Assembly: GCA_021817325.1 (NCBI GenBank)
Contig: JAKAVK010000014.1
Coordinates: 8,678 to 72,677 of the forward strand
Direction of reading: 5' to 3'
DNA: 64,000 bases
DNA from: Candidatus Micrarchaeota archaeon
Lineage (GTDB): Archaea; Micrarchaeota; Micrarchaeia; Micrarchaeales; CABMGC01
A program made the position numbers and the translations under genes. The notes below the pieces were generated by a model. It did no database searches. It was not told where the DNA came from and was given only the letters and a program-made list of their open reading frames with translations. Below, in pieces: positions 1 to 9,520 of this stretch (positions within the stretch are counted from its first letter, which is position 1; every line of letters starts with the position of its first letter).

Positions 1-9
1 AGAGGCAAG

Positions 10-549
10 ATGAGAAGAAGAGGCTACACTGTGGTTAAGGCGTCACCTGAAGCTGCGGCAAACCATATGCTGCTCGATTTGGCCGCTAGCAGGAAGCTTT
101 CAGGAATGGCCCTAGATAAGGTCGGGGAGATAGTAACAAGAATGCACCCTGGTGCAGACCGCCATACAATAAGGGAGATTTCGCTTGCTTGGACTTCTAC
201 AGATCCTGCAGAACAGGCAAGACTCGCAGGCAAGGAAAACGACGATATAAACTATGCGCTGGTAAGCAGCGGGCAGGCGACTGGAGAGGTCATTGGAATC
301 ATAATGAGAACGAGCCAAAGCGAGGTTATCAGAGGGATGGCCGCGCAGCTAGAGCAAGCACCAGGCAGTGAACTTGGCGAAGTAATTACCAGCGGAGGAA
401 ATTTCGAGAAACTAATGGCGCTGGGAAATCCCAATGCGAGAGCAGATGCTGTTCTGCCAGAGATAAGCAATCCCGATGCAAATGTGCAAACGGCAATGGA
501 GTTGCGTTTTAGAAGCCTGTTTCGGAGGGCGGAAAGGAAGAAGCAGTAA
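10..549 (+). CDS. Hypothetical alpha-helical protein, possibly 5'-truncated by the window edge
   Basis: 179-aa ORF; the frame is open to position 1; no recognisable motif. Confidence 0.55.
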   Translation: MRRRGYTVVKASPEAAANHMLLDLAASRKLSGMALDKVGEIVTRMHPGADRHTIREISLAWTSTDPAEQARLAGKENDDINYALVSSGQATGEVIGIIMRTSQSEVIRGMAAQLEQAPGSELGEVITSGGNFEKLMALGNPNARADAVLPEISNPDANVQTAMELRFRSLFRRAERKKQ

Positions 550-627
550 TCTTATCCTAAGGAATCATTGCGTATAAATGCTTTGCGCGCATATATGGGA
601 CTACTAGTTGTACGCGGTTGGTGGGCA

Positions 628-2928
628 ATGATTACATCAATAGAGCTAAAGAACTGGAAAACGCACGGCGAGACCAGGCTCACATTCTCCAAAGGCACCA
701 ACATACTGATAGGCCAGATGGGCGCAGGCAAAAGCTCCATCATGGATGCAATCTCATTCGCTCTTTTCGGCACCTTTCCGTCAATTTACCATAGGAGAGT
801 CAGCGTGGGCGACGTGATACGAAGCAGGCCGTTGAAGATGGCGAAAGCCGAGGTGAAACTGGATTTCACCATGAACGGCAGCGAGTACAGCGTAGAGAGG
901 GAGGTTAGCGCGAAAGGCATCGGCAGGGCGCAGCTCAAGAAGAATGGCGTGTATGTCCAATCACAGCCGCAGCGCGTCAACGAAGAAATAGAAAAGATCC
1001 TCAAGATTGATTATGATGTGTTCTCAAAGGCAGTCTATGCAGAGCAGAACAGGCTAGACTACTTTCTTGAGCTCAGGGCGAACGATAGGAAGAAGCAAAT
1101 AGACGAACTGCTCGGCCTTGACAAGTTTGCGATGGCGCAGGACAACGTGACCTCTGTAATAAACAAGATAAGGGACATTGCAGACGAGGGCGAGAAGACC
1201 GCATCCGGATTCGATATCAAGAAGCTGGAGATCCAGCTAGACGAACTAGAGAAGGACATGGGCAAGCTGCTCTCAGAGAAATCTGCGATAGAGGCCGAGC
1301 TTGAAGGCATAGGCAAGTCGAAGAAGTCAGCTGAGGCCGAACTGAAGAGCCTGCGCGACCAGTACAACACCAAGGTGAGGATTGAGAGGGAGATAGCGGA
1401 GAACAAGAGCAAGGTCGGCGTTCTGGCATCCGAAATAGAGAAGATCGACTCGAGGAAACTTGAGGACCGGAGGGAGATAGCGGACAAGCTCAAAAAGGCA
1501 AAGGAGCGTTCAACTTCGTTAAAGGAAGAACAGAGGACAACTGCGCAGAAGGAGAGGAAGGTCGCAGAAGCGCTGGCAAACGCCAGGTTCGAGCTCTCAA
1601 CGCTTGAAAAACAGAAAGCGGAACTTGAGAAGCTTACAGAGCAATTGAAGAGCACGGACAGGAAGGCGCTAGAGGCCTCGATCAAAAGCAAAACCGCATC
1701 AATCGATAGGTGCAATGCGGAGATCGCAGGTGCCAATCTAGTCGTTGCAGAAAACACCAAATGGGTCGCCGAGCTCAAGAAGCACTCACAGAGATGCCCG
1801 GTTTGCGAGAGGGAGCTGGACGGCGTGATCGTCCAGAAGTTGATAGAGGGAAAGAATGCGCAGATATCCGAATCCTCGGCCAGGGCAAGGAAGGCTGAAG
1901 AGACCTTGCGTAGCGAGAAAAAGGAGCTGGAGCGTCTGACATCAGTGATAAACACTCTCTCGATGGTTGAGGATAAGATACGATCGTATGATGGGATCGG
2001 CACGAAGATGGATAAGGCAACGGCATCCCTCGCCTCCTACGAGGCCGAGAGCAAGGCGGTCAAAGCGGCGAGCGATGCTCTGGGCGACAGCATGGCGAAG
2101 ATCACAGAAGAGCTGGCTGGCCTGTCATCCGCAGAGGAGATGCTGCGCCGGAGGGATGATCACGCAAGCGAGATGTCCAAGGCGCAGGCCCTGGTAGATG
2201 CGAAGCAGAAAGAACTCTCGGAGATCAGGGTCGATCAGGACAAGCTGGATATGCTGCAGAAAGAGGTGACAGCGCTCAGCGCAAAGGAAGCGAAGCTTAG
2301 TGCCAACCTGAGCGCAAACCTGCGGTACAGAGCCGAGAAGAGAGCGCAGGCGGATGACAAGAGAAGTGAGATAAGGAAAGTAAGCGCGCTTTACGATGAT
2401 ATAAAGGCGAAGAGGAAAGTTGCCGAGAACCTGTCGAAATTCAAGATCTCGCTGCAGGAGACGCAGACAATGCTGCGGACGCAGCTTGTCGATTCGATAA
2501 ACAGCATAATGCACGAGATATGGCCTGAACTGTACCCCTATGGGGACTACACGAGCGTGATGCTCGAGCCGTCGTCTGACGATTACATACTCAGGGTGAA
2601 GTTGAACGGATCGCAGGACTGGGGGGAGGTCAACGCGATGGCAAGCGGCGGTGAGAGGAGCATAGCGTGCCTTGCGATGCGCATCGCGCTGGCCATGGTT
2701 CTCGCACCCAGCCTAAAGTGGATAATACTAGACGAACCAACGCACAACATAGACTCACAGGGGCTCCAGAAGTTCATCAAGATGTTCAGCGAATCGATGC
2801 CCCGCATAGTAGACCAGGTCTTCATAATAACGCACGATGAGGTGCTCAAGCAGACCTACAACTCAAAGGTGTACCTGTTCACGCGCAACAAGGAGCAGAA
2901 CGAGGAGACTGCAATACAGGAAGCATGA
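628..2928 (+). CDS. rad50: DNA double-strand break repair ATPase Rad50 (SMC-like)
   Basis: Start MITSIELKNWKTH at ATG 628; Walker A GQMGAGKSS; long coiled coil with central zinc hook CPVC; signature ASGGE; Walker B IILDEP; H-loop ITHD. Confidence 0.95.
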   Translation: MITSIELKNWKTHGETRLTFSKGTNILIGQMGAGKSSIMDAISFALFGTFPSIYHRRVSVGDVIRSRPLKMAKAEVKLDFTMNGSEYSVEREVSAKGIGRAQLKKNGVYVQSQPQRVNEEIEKILKIDYDVFSKAVYAEQNRLDYFLELRANDRKKQIDELLGLDKFAMAQDNVTSVINKIRDIADEGEKTASGFDIKKLEIQLDELEKDMGKLLSEKSAIEAELEGIGKSKKSAEAELKSLRDQYNTKVRIEREIAENKSKVGVLASEIEKIDSRKLEDRREIADKLKKAKERSTSLKEEQRTTAQKERKVAEALANARFELSTLEKQKAELEKLTEQLKSTDRKALEASIKSKTASIDRCNAEIAGANLVVAENTKWVAELKKHSQRCPVCERELDGVIVQKLIEGKNAQISESSARARKAEETLRSEKKELERLTSVINTLSMVEDKIRSYDGIGTKMDKATASLASYEAESKAVKAASDALGDSMAKITEELAGLSSAEEMLRRRDDHASEMSKAQALVDAKQKELSEIRVDQDKLDMLQKEVTALSAKEAKLSANLSANLRYRAEKRAQADDKRSEIRKVSALYDDIKAKRKVAENLSKFKISLQETQTMLRTQLVDSINSIMHEIWPELYPYGDYTSVMLEPSSDDYILRVKLNGSQDWGEVNAMASGGERSIACLAMRIALAMVLAPSLKWIILDEPTHNIDSQGLQKFIKMFSESMPRIVDQVFIITHDEVLKQTYNSKVYLFTRNKEQNEETAIQEA

Positions 2929-3119
2929 TCAGCCAAGCGGCTCCTCATCATGCCTGTGTACTAGCAGCAATGGCCTATGCTCCTGCTGCATCGAGTCAAA
3001 TGCACGCGAGATCAATCTGACTTCGGGCTCCGCAACCAGCTTCCCTCCAACAGCCGCCTTGATGCCTTTTCCTTTGCCGATTCAGGCACATCCTTCAGGT
3101 AACTCCTAACTCTATCCAT
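2929..3119 (-). pseudogene. Small frameshifted ORF (~63 aa if one base is restored)
   Basis: ATG 3119 reads MDRVRSYLKDVPESAKEKASRRLLEG, then continues in a shifted frame as KLVAEPEVRLISRAFDSMQQEHRPLLLVHRHDEEPLG* to a stop abutting the rad50 stop; span is 191 nt, 1 short of 192. Confidence 0.35.
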
Positions 3120-3163
3120 AAAAACCAGGTAAGCTTACAACAGGCGCTATAATAAGGTCTCTT

Positions 3164-4204
3164 TCAGATCTGTTCGAAGCCCATTCCAGATGCTGCCGTC
3201 TCAGACTCGTTGTTGCCAAGCACCGAACTTCCGCTTACCCCTGTGAATATGGCAATTACCTCGACCTTGCCGTTGTAAGACGGGTCAAGTCTGGCCCCCC
3301 ATATAACGTTGGCATTTGGGGATGCGCTCTCAGTGAGCTTGGAACCTATGGTGTTTGCCTCGCCTAGCGTCATGTCCGTGCCTCCGGTTATGTGAAGCAG
3401 TATGCCTGTCGCGTTCTCATAATCAACGTCAAGCAGCTTGTTCTTCAGTGTCCTCGCAACCACTTCCTCTACCCTGTTAGTGCCGCTCGCCTCCCCGACG
3501 CTTATCATAGCAAGGCCCCCGCCCCTCATTATGGTCCGCACGTCAGCAAAATCGGTATTGACAAGGCTGGGCTGCGTTATTGCCTCTGTTATGCCCCTCA
3601 CCGCCTTTGCGGTTATCTCATCTGCAAGTGCAAACGTCTTCTCTATGGGCAGGTTTGGATACAGCTTCACAAGCCTCTGGTTGTCTATAACTATCAGGGT
3701 GTCGAGGTTGTGCCTGAGTCTGTCTATTCCTCTTCTTGCGGTCTCGAGCCTGACCCTCTCCAGTGCAAACGGTATCGTTACGACACCAACAACTATTGCT
3801 CCAGATTCCTTAAGCACACGCGCCACTATCGGAGCTGCGCCTGTTCCTGTGCCACCTCCCATCCCCGCCGTAAGGAATGCAAGGTTAGTGTCCTTCACCA
3901 GCAGCTCAATGTCTCCGCGCGAAAGCTCTGCGGCTTTCTCTCCTACTTCGGGATAGCCTCCTGCCCCAAGCCCATGCGTTATCTGTTTGCCGAGCATTAG
4001 CCTTGTTATATTTGGATTGAGCATGTTGAGCTGCTTGCCATCGGTATTGAATGCAAATAGACCGGCGCCCTTTATCTCCATCGTACTGAGCCTATGTATC
4101 GTGTTATTGCCTCCTCCGCCAACTCCTACCACTGAGATTCTTGGCTTGAAGAATTCTGCTTCCTCGTTAAGCTTCTGGTTCTGCGAAATTATCGACTCAT
4201 ACAT
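3164..4204 (-). CDS. ftsZ: Cell division protein FtsZ (FtsZ2-type paralog)
   Basis: [10 protein letters not shown], tubulin signature [10 protein letters not shown]7-loop NTDFAD; start placed at MYESI (4204). Confidence 0.95.
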   Translation of the reverse strand: MYESIISQNQKLNEEAEFFKPRISVVGVGGGGNNTIHRLSTMEIKGAGLFAFNTDGKQLNMLNPNITRLMLGKQITHGLGAGGYPEVGEKAAELSRGDIELLVKDTNLAFLTAGMGGGTGTGAAPIVARVLKESGAIVVGVVTIPFALERVRLETARRGIDRLRHNLDTLIVIDNQRLVKLYPNLPIEKTFALADEITAKAVRGITEAITQPSLVNTDFADVRTIMRGGGLAMISVGEASGTNRVEEVVARTLKNKLLDVDYENATGILLHITGGTDMTLGEANTIGSKLTESASPNANVIWGARLDPSYNGKVEVIAIFTGVSGSSVLGNNESETAASGMGFEQI

Positions 4205-4671
4205 GCTGGACACCCTAATCACAATTGCATGGCAAGGTTAAATAGCTTTCTGCTCAGACGGTTGTAGCGTGCATGGCTCTTTGGCATGCTCCGGCTCCCT
4301 GCCGACCACTTCTGTTTAGGTCTGAGCACAGCCAGCTCCGGATCTAACGCATACTTCCTCAAACTGGATATTATCCTTCTTGCAACAGCCTCCGGATCGA
4401 TGTAATCAACATAGCCCTTGGAGCCTGGTCGTCGAAGAAGTCAGCCTTCATTCCACCCTGGCGGATGCCCGTCACCTCTATGCCAAGTCCCTTACCGCTA
4501 CTAGAGCTGATAACGGTTTTGCATCCATCCTCAAAAATGGCTCCACACGCGTATTTCCAGGCCGTTGCAGGCACCTGCTACGACTACTACCTTGCCATTC
4601 AGCTCTATACAATCGCACAATATCTAACGCCTGCTATTATAATTAATTACCTTTCCTGCGGAATAATAAGC

Positions 4672-6396
4672 ATGTATAACAAGAAGATCGCAGCCATGTT
4701 CAATGAGATCGCAGACATGATCGAGATCGAGGATGATACGCGCATCTTCGAGGTGCGTGCGTATAGGAAGGCGGCAATGACCATCGATACACTGCAGGAG
4801 GACGTTGAAGAGATTCTGGACAAAGGCGGCACGAAGGGCCTGATGGAGCTGCCCGGCATAGGTGAGGGCCTTGCAAAGAAGATCGAGGAGTTCATAAAGA
4901 CCGGGAGAATGAGGAAATACGACGATATGAAGAAGAAGTTCCCCATGGATCTTGACAAGCTCACGCTGATACAGGGACTGGGCGCGAAAAAGGCATTTAG
5001 GCTATACAACGAGCTGGGAGTGAAGACTATCGATGACCTGAAGAAGGCAATAGAAGCGCACAAGGTGCGCAGGCTTGAGGGCTTTGGCGAGAAGAGCGAG
5101 GCCGAGCTCGGAAAGGGGATCGGGCTCTATCAGGCGGGGATCAGCCGGATGCTTCTAGGTACGGCACTTCCCGAAGCCGAGACAATAATCCGGAAGATCA
5201 GGGGGTCGGGCCTTGCGGACAGGGTTGAACTTGCCGGGTCATCGCGAAGAATGAAGGAGACTGTCGGCGACCTGGATATCCTTGTCACATCATCAAAGCC
5301 TGAGAGCATCATGGATTTCGTAACCGGACTAAGCGAGGTTGAGAGCGTAACCCTAAAAGGGCCAACCAAGACCACCGTAAGGCTCAAGATAGGGCTCAGC
5401 TGCGACATAAGGGTCGTTGAGAGAAAGAGCTTCGGCGCTGGCATGCAGTACTTCATAGGCAACAAGGATCACAATGTGAAGGTGCGCCAGATTGCGATAA
5501 GGAAGGGATACAAACTGAACGAGTACGGCCTTTTTGGAAAGAACGGAAAGATAATCGCAGCCGAGGATGAGCGCGAGATATACGATAAACTGGGAATGCA
5601 GTATCCAGAGCCGGAGATGCGCGAAAACAGGGGGGAGATCGAGCTCTCCCTTGAGCACAAGCTGCCAACGCTGATACAGCTCGGCGATATCAAAGGCGAT
5701 TTGCATGTCCACACAAACAACAGCGACGGTGCAAACACGCTCGAGGAAATGGTCGCGCAGGCGGAGGCTTTGGGCTATTCCTACATCGGAATAACCGACC
5801 ACAGCAAGAGCGAGTATGTGGCAAGAGGCATGGACGAGGCGCGTTTTGAGCGATATTCGGACCAGATAGATAGGTTCAAAGACAAGTATGAAGGCAGGGT
5901 CAAGGTGCTCAAGAGCGCAGAAACTGACATACTAAAAGACGGCAGCCTTGATTTTAGCAACAAGAGCCTGGACAGTATGGACTATGTGCTTGGCAGCATA
6001 CATACCAACCTCAACATGGGCAGGGAGGAGATGACAAAGCGCATAATAAGGTGCATGGAGGGAGGCTACCTTGACATATGGGCGCACCCAACTGACAGGC
6101 TGATAAATGCAAGGCAGCCGATACAGGTGGACCTCGACAGGGTCTTTGAAGCTGCCAAGGACAACGGTGTGGTAATGGAGGTAGACGCGTTCCCGGACCG
6201 TCTTGATCTGAATGACGAGAACATAACGCGGGCCAGAAAGCATGACCTTAAGTTCTCAATAGATACCGACGCGCACAGGGGCGACCACATGCTGTTTATG
6301 CGGTACGGTATAGGCACCGCAAAGCGCGGCTGGCTGACAAAAAATGAAGTTATAAATACGATGCGCTACGAAGAACTTATGAAATATTTCAAGTAG
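4672..6396 (+). CDS. polX: DNA polymerase X / PHP 3'-5' exonuclease fusion
   Basis: 8-kDa lyase domain (RAYRKAA), HhH motifs LPGIGEG and IQGLGAK, GSSRRMKETVGDLDIL catalytic DxD, YFIGNKDHN, PHP motifs DLHVHT, ITDHS, WAHP, DTDAH. Confidence 0.95.
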   Translation: MYNKKIAAMFNEIADMIEIEDDTRIFEVRAYRKAAMTIDTLQEDVEEILDKGGTKGLMELPGIGEGLAKKIEEFIKTGRMRKYDDMKKKFPMDLDKLTLIQGLGAKKAFRLYNELGVKTIDDLKKAIEAHKVRRLEGFGEKSEAELGKGIGLYQAGISRMLLGTALPEAETIIRKIRGSGLADRVELAGSSRRMKETVGDLDILVTSSKPESIMDFVTGLSEVESVTLKGPTKTTVRLKIGLSCDIRVVERKSFGAGMQYFIGNKDHNVKVRQIAIRKGYKLNEYGLFGKNGKIIAAEDEREIYDKLGMQYPEPEMRENRGEIELSLEHKLPTLIQLGDIKGDLHVHTNNSDGANTLEEMVAQAEALGYSYIGITDHSKSEYVARGMDEARFERYSDQIDRFKDKYEGRVKVLKSAETDILKDGSLDFSNKSLDSMDYVLGSIHTNLNMGREEMTKRIIRCMEGGYLDIWAHPTDRLINARQPIQVDLDRVFEAAKDNGVVMEVDAFPDRLDLNDENITRARKHDLKFSIDTDAHRGDHMLFMRYGIGTAKRGWLTKNEVINTMRYEELMKYFK

Positions 6397-6404
6397 CGCA
6401 TATT

Positions 6405-7391
6405 ATGTTCGTTATCGATGCGATATATGGATACACGGAAATTAGCGAGCCAGTCCTTGTGGACTTGATAAACACTGCTGCCATGCAGAGGCTAAAGAAG
6501 GTCAACGAGGCTTCAAAGCTAGCGAATTTCAAGATCTCCTATGTCAGGTATGAGCACTGCGTGGGGGTGATGTTGCTCCTGCGCATGTTCGGGGCGTCTG
6601 TCGAAGAGCAGGCTGCGGGACTCCTACACGATGTTTCGCATGCCGCATTCTCGCATGCGATAGACAGGATGATGGGCAGCTCCGACAAGCAGGACTACCA
6701 AGACAATGTCCATGCTGATTTTATAAAAAAGAGTGCCATACCGGCAATACTTGAGATGCACGGTATGGACCCCGACCGCGTCATTGACATCAAGTCGCAC
6801 GGCCTGCTTGAGAGGGAACTCCCAGACATCTGTGCGGACAGGATAGACTACGCGCTGCGAAATTTCAAGGCGTGGGAAAATCCCCGGGCGGTAGCGCCTT
6901 CCCTGAGCGGCCTTGCTGTGCATGAGGGCCGGTTTGTCTTCAAATCAAAGGAAGCTGCGCTCATATTTGCAAACAACTATCTCACATGCCAGGTAACCTC
7001 ATGGGGACTGCTCGAGAACAATGTGCGCGAGCATGTGTTTTCCAAAATGCTTCTGGCCGCGATAGACAAGAAGGTCATTACGTTCGATGACATGTACACC
7101 GACGACGAGTATGTGATAGACAGAATAACAAAGTCCACCGACAGGGATATTAAGCTAATGCTCAGCGTCTTGGACGGGAAGCTGCGCTATCATGTGGCCG
7201 ATGAAGGGGAGGACACGGTGATAAAGATAAAGTACAGGTACACCGATCCGCTGTACCTTGATGGAAGCGGAATGCGCAGGATCAGTTCTGCAGACAGCGA
7301 ATTCAAGGCGCGCATCGAGAGCTACAAGACACCAACGCAGTATGGGATAAGGTTCGACTACGCGCCAGACATCGTAAGGCTCCTGGCCTAG
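6405..7391 (+). CDS. HD-domain phosphohydrolase (dNTPase/SAMHD1-like family)
   Basis: QRLK, RYEHCVG, LLHDVSH, CADRIDY motifs; starts 8 bp after polX. Confidence 0.85.
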   Translation: MFVIDAIYGYTEISEPVLVDLINTAAMQRLKKVNEASKLANFKISYVRYEHCVGVMLLLRMFGASVEEQAAGLLHDVSHAAFSHAIDRMMGSSDKQDYQDNVHADFIKKSAIPAILEMHGMDPDRVIDIKSHGLLERELPDICADRIDYALRNFKAWENPRAVAPSLSGLAVHEGRFVFKSKEAALIFANNYLTCQVTSWGLLENNVREHVFSKMLLAAIDKKVITFDDMYTDDEYVIDRITKSTDRDIKLMLSVLDGKLRYHVADEGEDTVIKIKYRYTDPLYLDGSGMRRISSADSEFKARIESYKTPTQYGIRFDYAPDIVRLLA

Positions 7392-7535
7392 TATTAGTCA
7401 ACTGGGAAGCACTGGCCACCTGTAAGACCTCTCACGCTTCGGGATGCCAGCCAAGCCCGCCTATCATACCTGGCCCACTGACGCATCCGGAGCCTGTCAC
7501 ACAGCGCCGCGCTCAGAATGTCTGCGGCGCGGCTT

Positions 7536-8801
7536 TCAGTACCATCCGCGCAGTTTCATCGCTGTCGCTACCCGCTCGACGGCTATTATGTATGCGGCTG
7601 TCCTTGGGCTTATTCTCTTCTTCGCTTCGCTGTATTTCTTCTGCGTAGCCATCATGTCGTTGAACGACGTGGTCACTATCTTGTCAAGCTTCTTGTAGAC
7701 ATCCTCCTCGGTCCAGAAGTAGCCTGCCATGTCCTGCGCCCACTCGAAGTAAGAGACTATGACTCCGCCAGAGTTTACCAGGAAGTCCGGCATATCAAGC
7801 ACATCCCTCTCAAGCAGTATTGCATCGGCCTCTGGGGTAACAGGTCCGTTTGCCAGCTCAAGTACGACATCTGCCTTTATCCTGTCGGCATTGGACTTTG
7901 TTATCTGGTTCTCAAGCGCTGCGGGTATGAGGACATCAACATCTAGCTCCAGCAGCTTGTCGTTGCTTATCTGCTTACCGCCTTCGAAGTTCTTCACGCT
8001 GCCCATCTCTTCCTTAGCCTTAGACAGCTTTGCAAAATCGAGCCCGCTCTCCGAATATACCCCACCAGCGGAGTCGCTCACAGCCACGACTTTGGCGCCT
8101 AGAAGCTTGTCTGCTATCTCGAATGCAAATTTGCCTGCGTTGCCGAATCCCTGTATAGCAACCTTGGCCTTCTTGAGATTCATCTTTCTGCGCTTTGCGG
8201 TCTCCCTGAGCACATACATACCACCTAGCGCTGTTGAGTCATACCTGCCTGCCGACCCGCCTATCTCAACAGGCTTGCCTGTTATCATGCCGGGCTCGTC
8301 ATGCCCGGTCATCTTGTCATACTCGTCCATCATCCATGCCATGATCTGCGGCGTTGTGTAAACGTCAGGTGCGGGTACGTCTATCCTGGAACCAACAAAT
8401 CTGCCTATAGCCCTCATGTATCCGCGGGACAGGCTCTCCAGCTCGGCATCGGTCATTGACTTCGGATCGCATATGACCCCGCCCTTTGCTCCGCCGAACG
8501 GTATGTTGGCAAGAGAGCACTTCCATGTCATCCAGGCAGAGAGCGCCTTGACAGTGCTGATGCTCTCCTTAGGGTGGAACCTGATACCCCCTTTTCCCGG
8601 ACCTCTCGCATTATTATAGAGCACTCTGAAGCCGTTGAAGACCTTTGTATTTCCGTCTCCCATCCTCACCGGTATATTTACGATTACGGTCTGCTTGGGC
8701 TCTCTTAGTATCGCATGCGCTTGCTTGTCCAAGTGCATAATCTCTGCAGCCGCGTCTAGCTGCTCTTGCGCTATCCTGAACGGGTCTAATTCTTCGGTCA
8801 T
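7536..8801 (-). CDS. gdhA: Glu/Leu/Phe/Val dehydrogenase (glutamate dehydrogenase)
   Basis: GPGKGGIRFHP, MTWKC, GGAKGG, VPAPDVYT, QGFGNAG, ELANGP, NSGGVIVSYFEW. Confidence 0.96.
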   Translation of the reverse strand: MTEELDPFRIAQEQLDAAAEIMHLDKQAHAILREPKQTVIVNIPVRMGDGNTKVFNGFRVLYNNARGPGKGGIRFHPKESISTVKALSAWMTWKCSLANIPFGGAKGGVICDPKSMTDAELESLSRGYMRAIGRFVGSRIDVPAPDVYTTPQIMAWMMDEYDKMTGHDEPGMITGKPVEIGGSAGRYDSTALGGMYVLRETAKRRKMNLKKAKVAIQGFGNAGKFAFEIADKLLGAKVVAVSDSAGGVYSESGLDFAKLSKAKEEMGSVKNFEGGKQISNDKLLELDVDVLIPAALENQITKSNADRIKADVVLELANGPVTPEADAILLERDVLDMPDFLVNSGGVIVSYFEWAQDMAGYFWTEEDVYKKLDKIVTTSFNDMMATQKKYSEAKKRISPRTAAYIIAVERVATAMKLRGWY

Positions 8802-8813
8802 TTTCTCACATCC

Positions 8814-9119
8814 TCATCTGATAAGCACATACTGTTCAGATACTTTTTCTATCGCGGCATTGGCCTGGTTTACGTCCTTGCTCTCTATTATGGTCCTCGC
8901 AGTTTCCCTGGTCATGGCCTGCGAAACCATTCTCTTCATCCTAGCCACATCCTCAGAGTATTTGCCATTTAGGTACTTGCTGACCGCAACCTGCGCTATG
9001 CCCAGTTTCTTTGCTATCTGCTGCTGCCTGTAGCCATACTCAATGCTCATTACTTCTGCAAGATATGCGCGAACTGCAGGGACTACCTCCCTGCTGATCC
9101 TCCTGCACTCCGGTTCCAT
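8814..9119 (-). CDS. Archaeal HTH transcriptional regulator
   Basis: EVVPAVRAYLA...RQQQIAKKLGIAQVAVSKYLNGK helix-turn-helix; ends 12 bp before the gdh start, same strand. Confidence 0.75.
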   Translation of the reverse strand: MEPECRRISREVVPAVRAYLAEVMSIEYGYRQQQIAKKLGIAQVAVSKYLNGKYSEDVARMKRMVSQAMTRETARTIIESKDVNQANAAIEKVSEQYVLIR

Positions 9120-9244
9120 GATCTGATATTTGGAGTGAAAGCTATTTATATCATAAAGTATCCAAAATCAATAATTACAGAAGGATGGGTTGTAGATAGT
9201 TATATATATAAGGAACATTCATATTCACCTTAATCTATGTACAG

Positions 9245-9493
9245 ATGGTTGTGATGAGAGGACGAGAACCGCCGGTCAATTGTGATAATTGCGGAAGAAG
9301 GATACCAAGAAACAAGGCAGTCGAAGACGAGCGGGTTATAAATCTAGGAACTGACCAGGGAGAGGGCAACATCAGGTTCTTGACGAGGAGGAAGGTGTAT
9401 TATTGTGTGAGCTGCGCAAAGCACAGGGGGGTCTTCGAGAAGAAGAAGAACGCAGCACAGAGGGCCGCAGCTCGCGGATTTGGGAGATATTAA
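9245..9493 (+). CDS. rps26e: Ribosomal protein eS26 (S26e)
   Basis: VNCDNCGRRIPRNKA ... YCVSCAKH zinc-finger pattern of S26e; basic, 82 aa. Confidence 0.75.
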   Translation: MVVMRGREPPVNCDNCGRRIPRNKAVEDERVINLGTDQGEGNIRFLTRRKVYYCVSCAKHRGVFEKKKNAAQRAAARGFGRY

Positions 9494-9520
9494 TAACTAA
9501 GTGAATAGGGGTGGGGACAT

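Noticed and set aside
1059-2003. 314-aa minus-strand ORF and other long antisense ORFs (3392-4000, 15182-16084, 23932-24693, 47646-48491)
   Set aside because: Shadow frames of well-supported genes on the opposite strand; Ser/Leu/Cys-rich with no motifs
4300-4365. GAGGAAGT and AAACAGAAG on the minus strand resembling RNase P RNA conserved regions
   Set aside because: Only ~50 nt apart, and the GAGGAAAGUCC / P4 pairing is not satisfied
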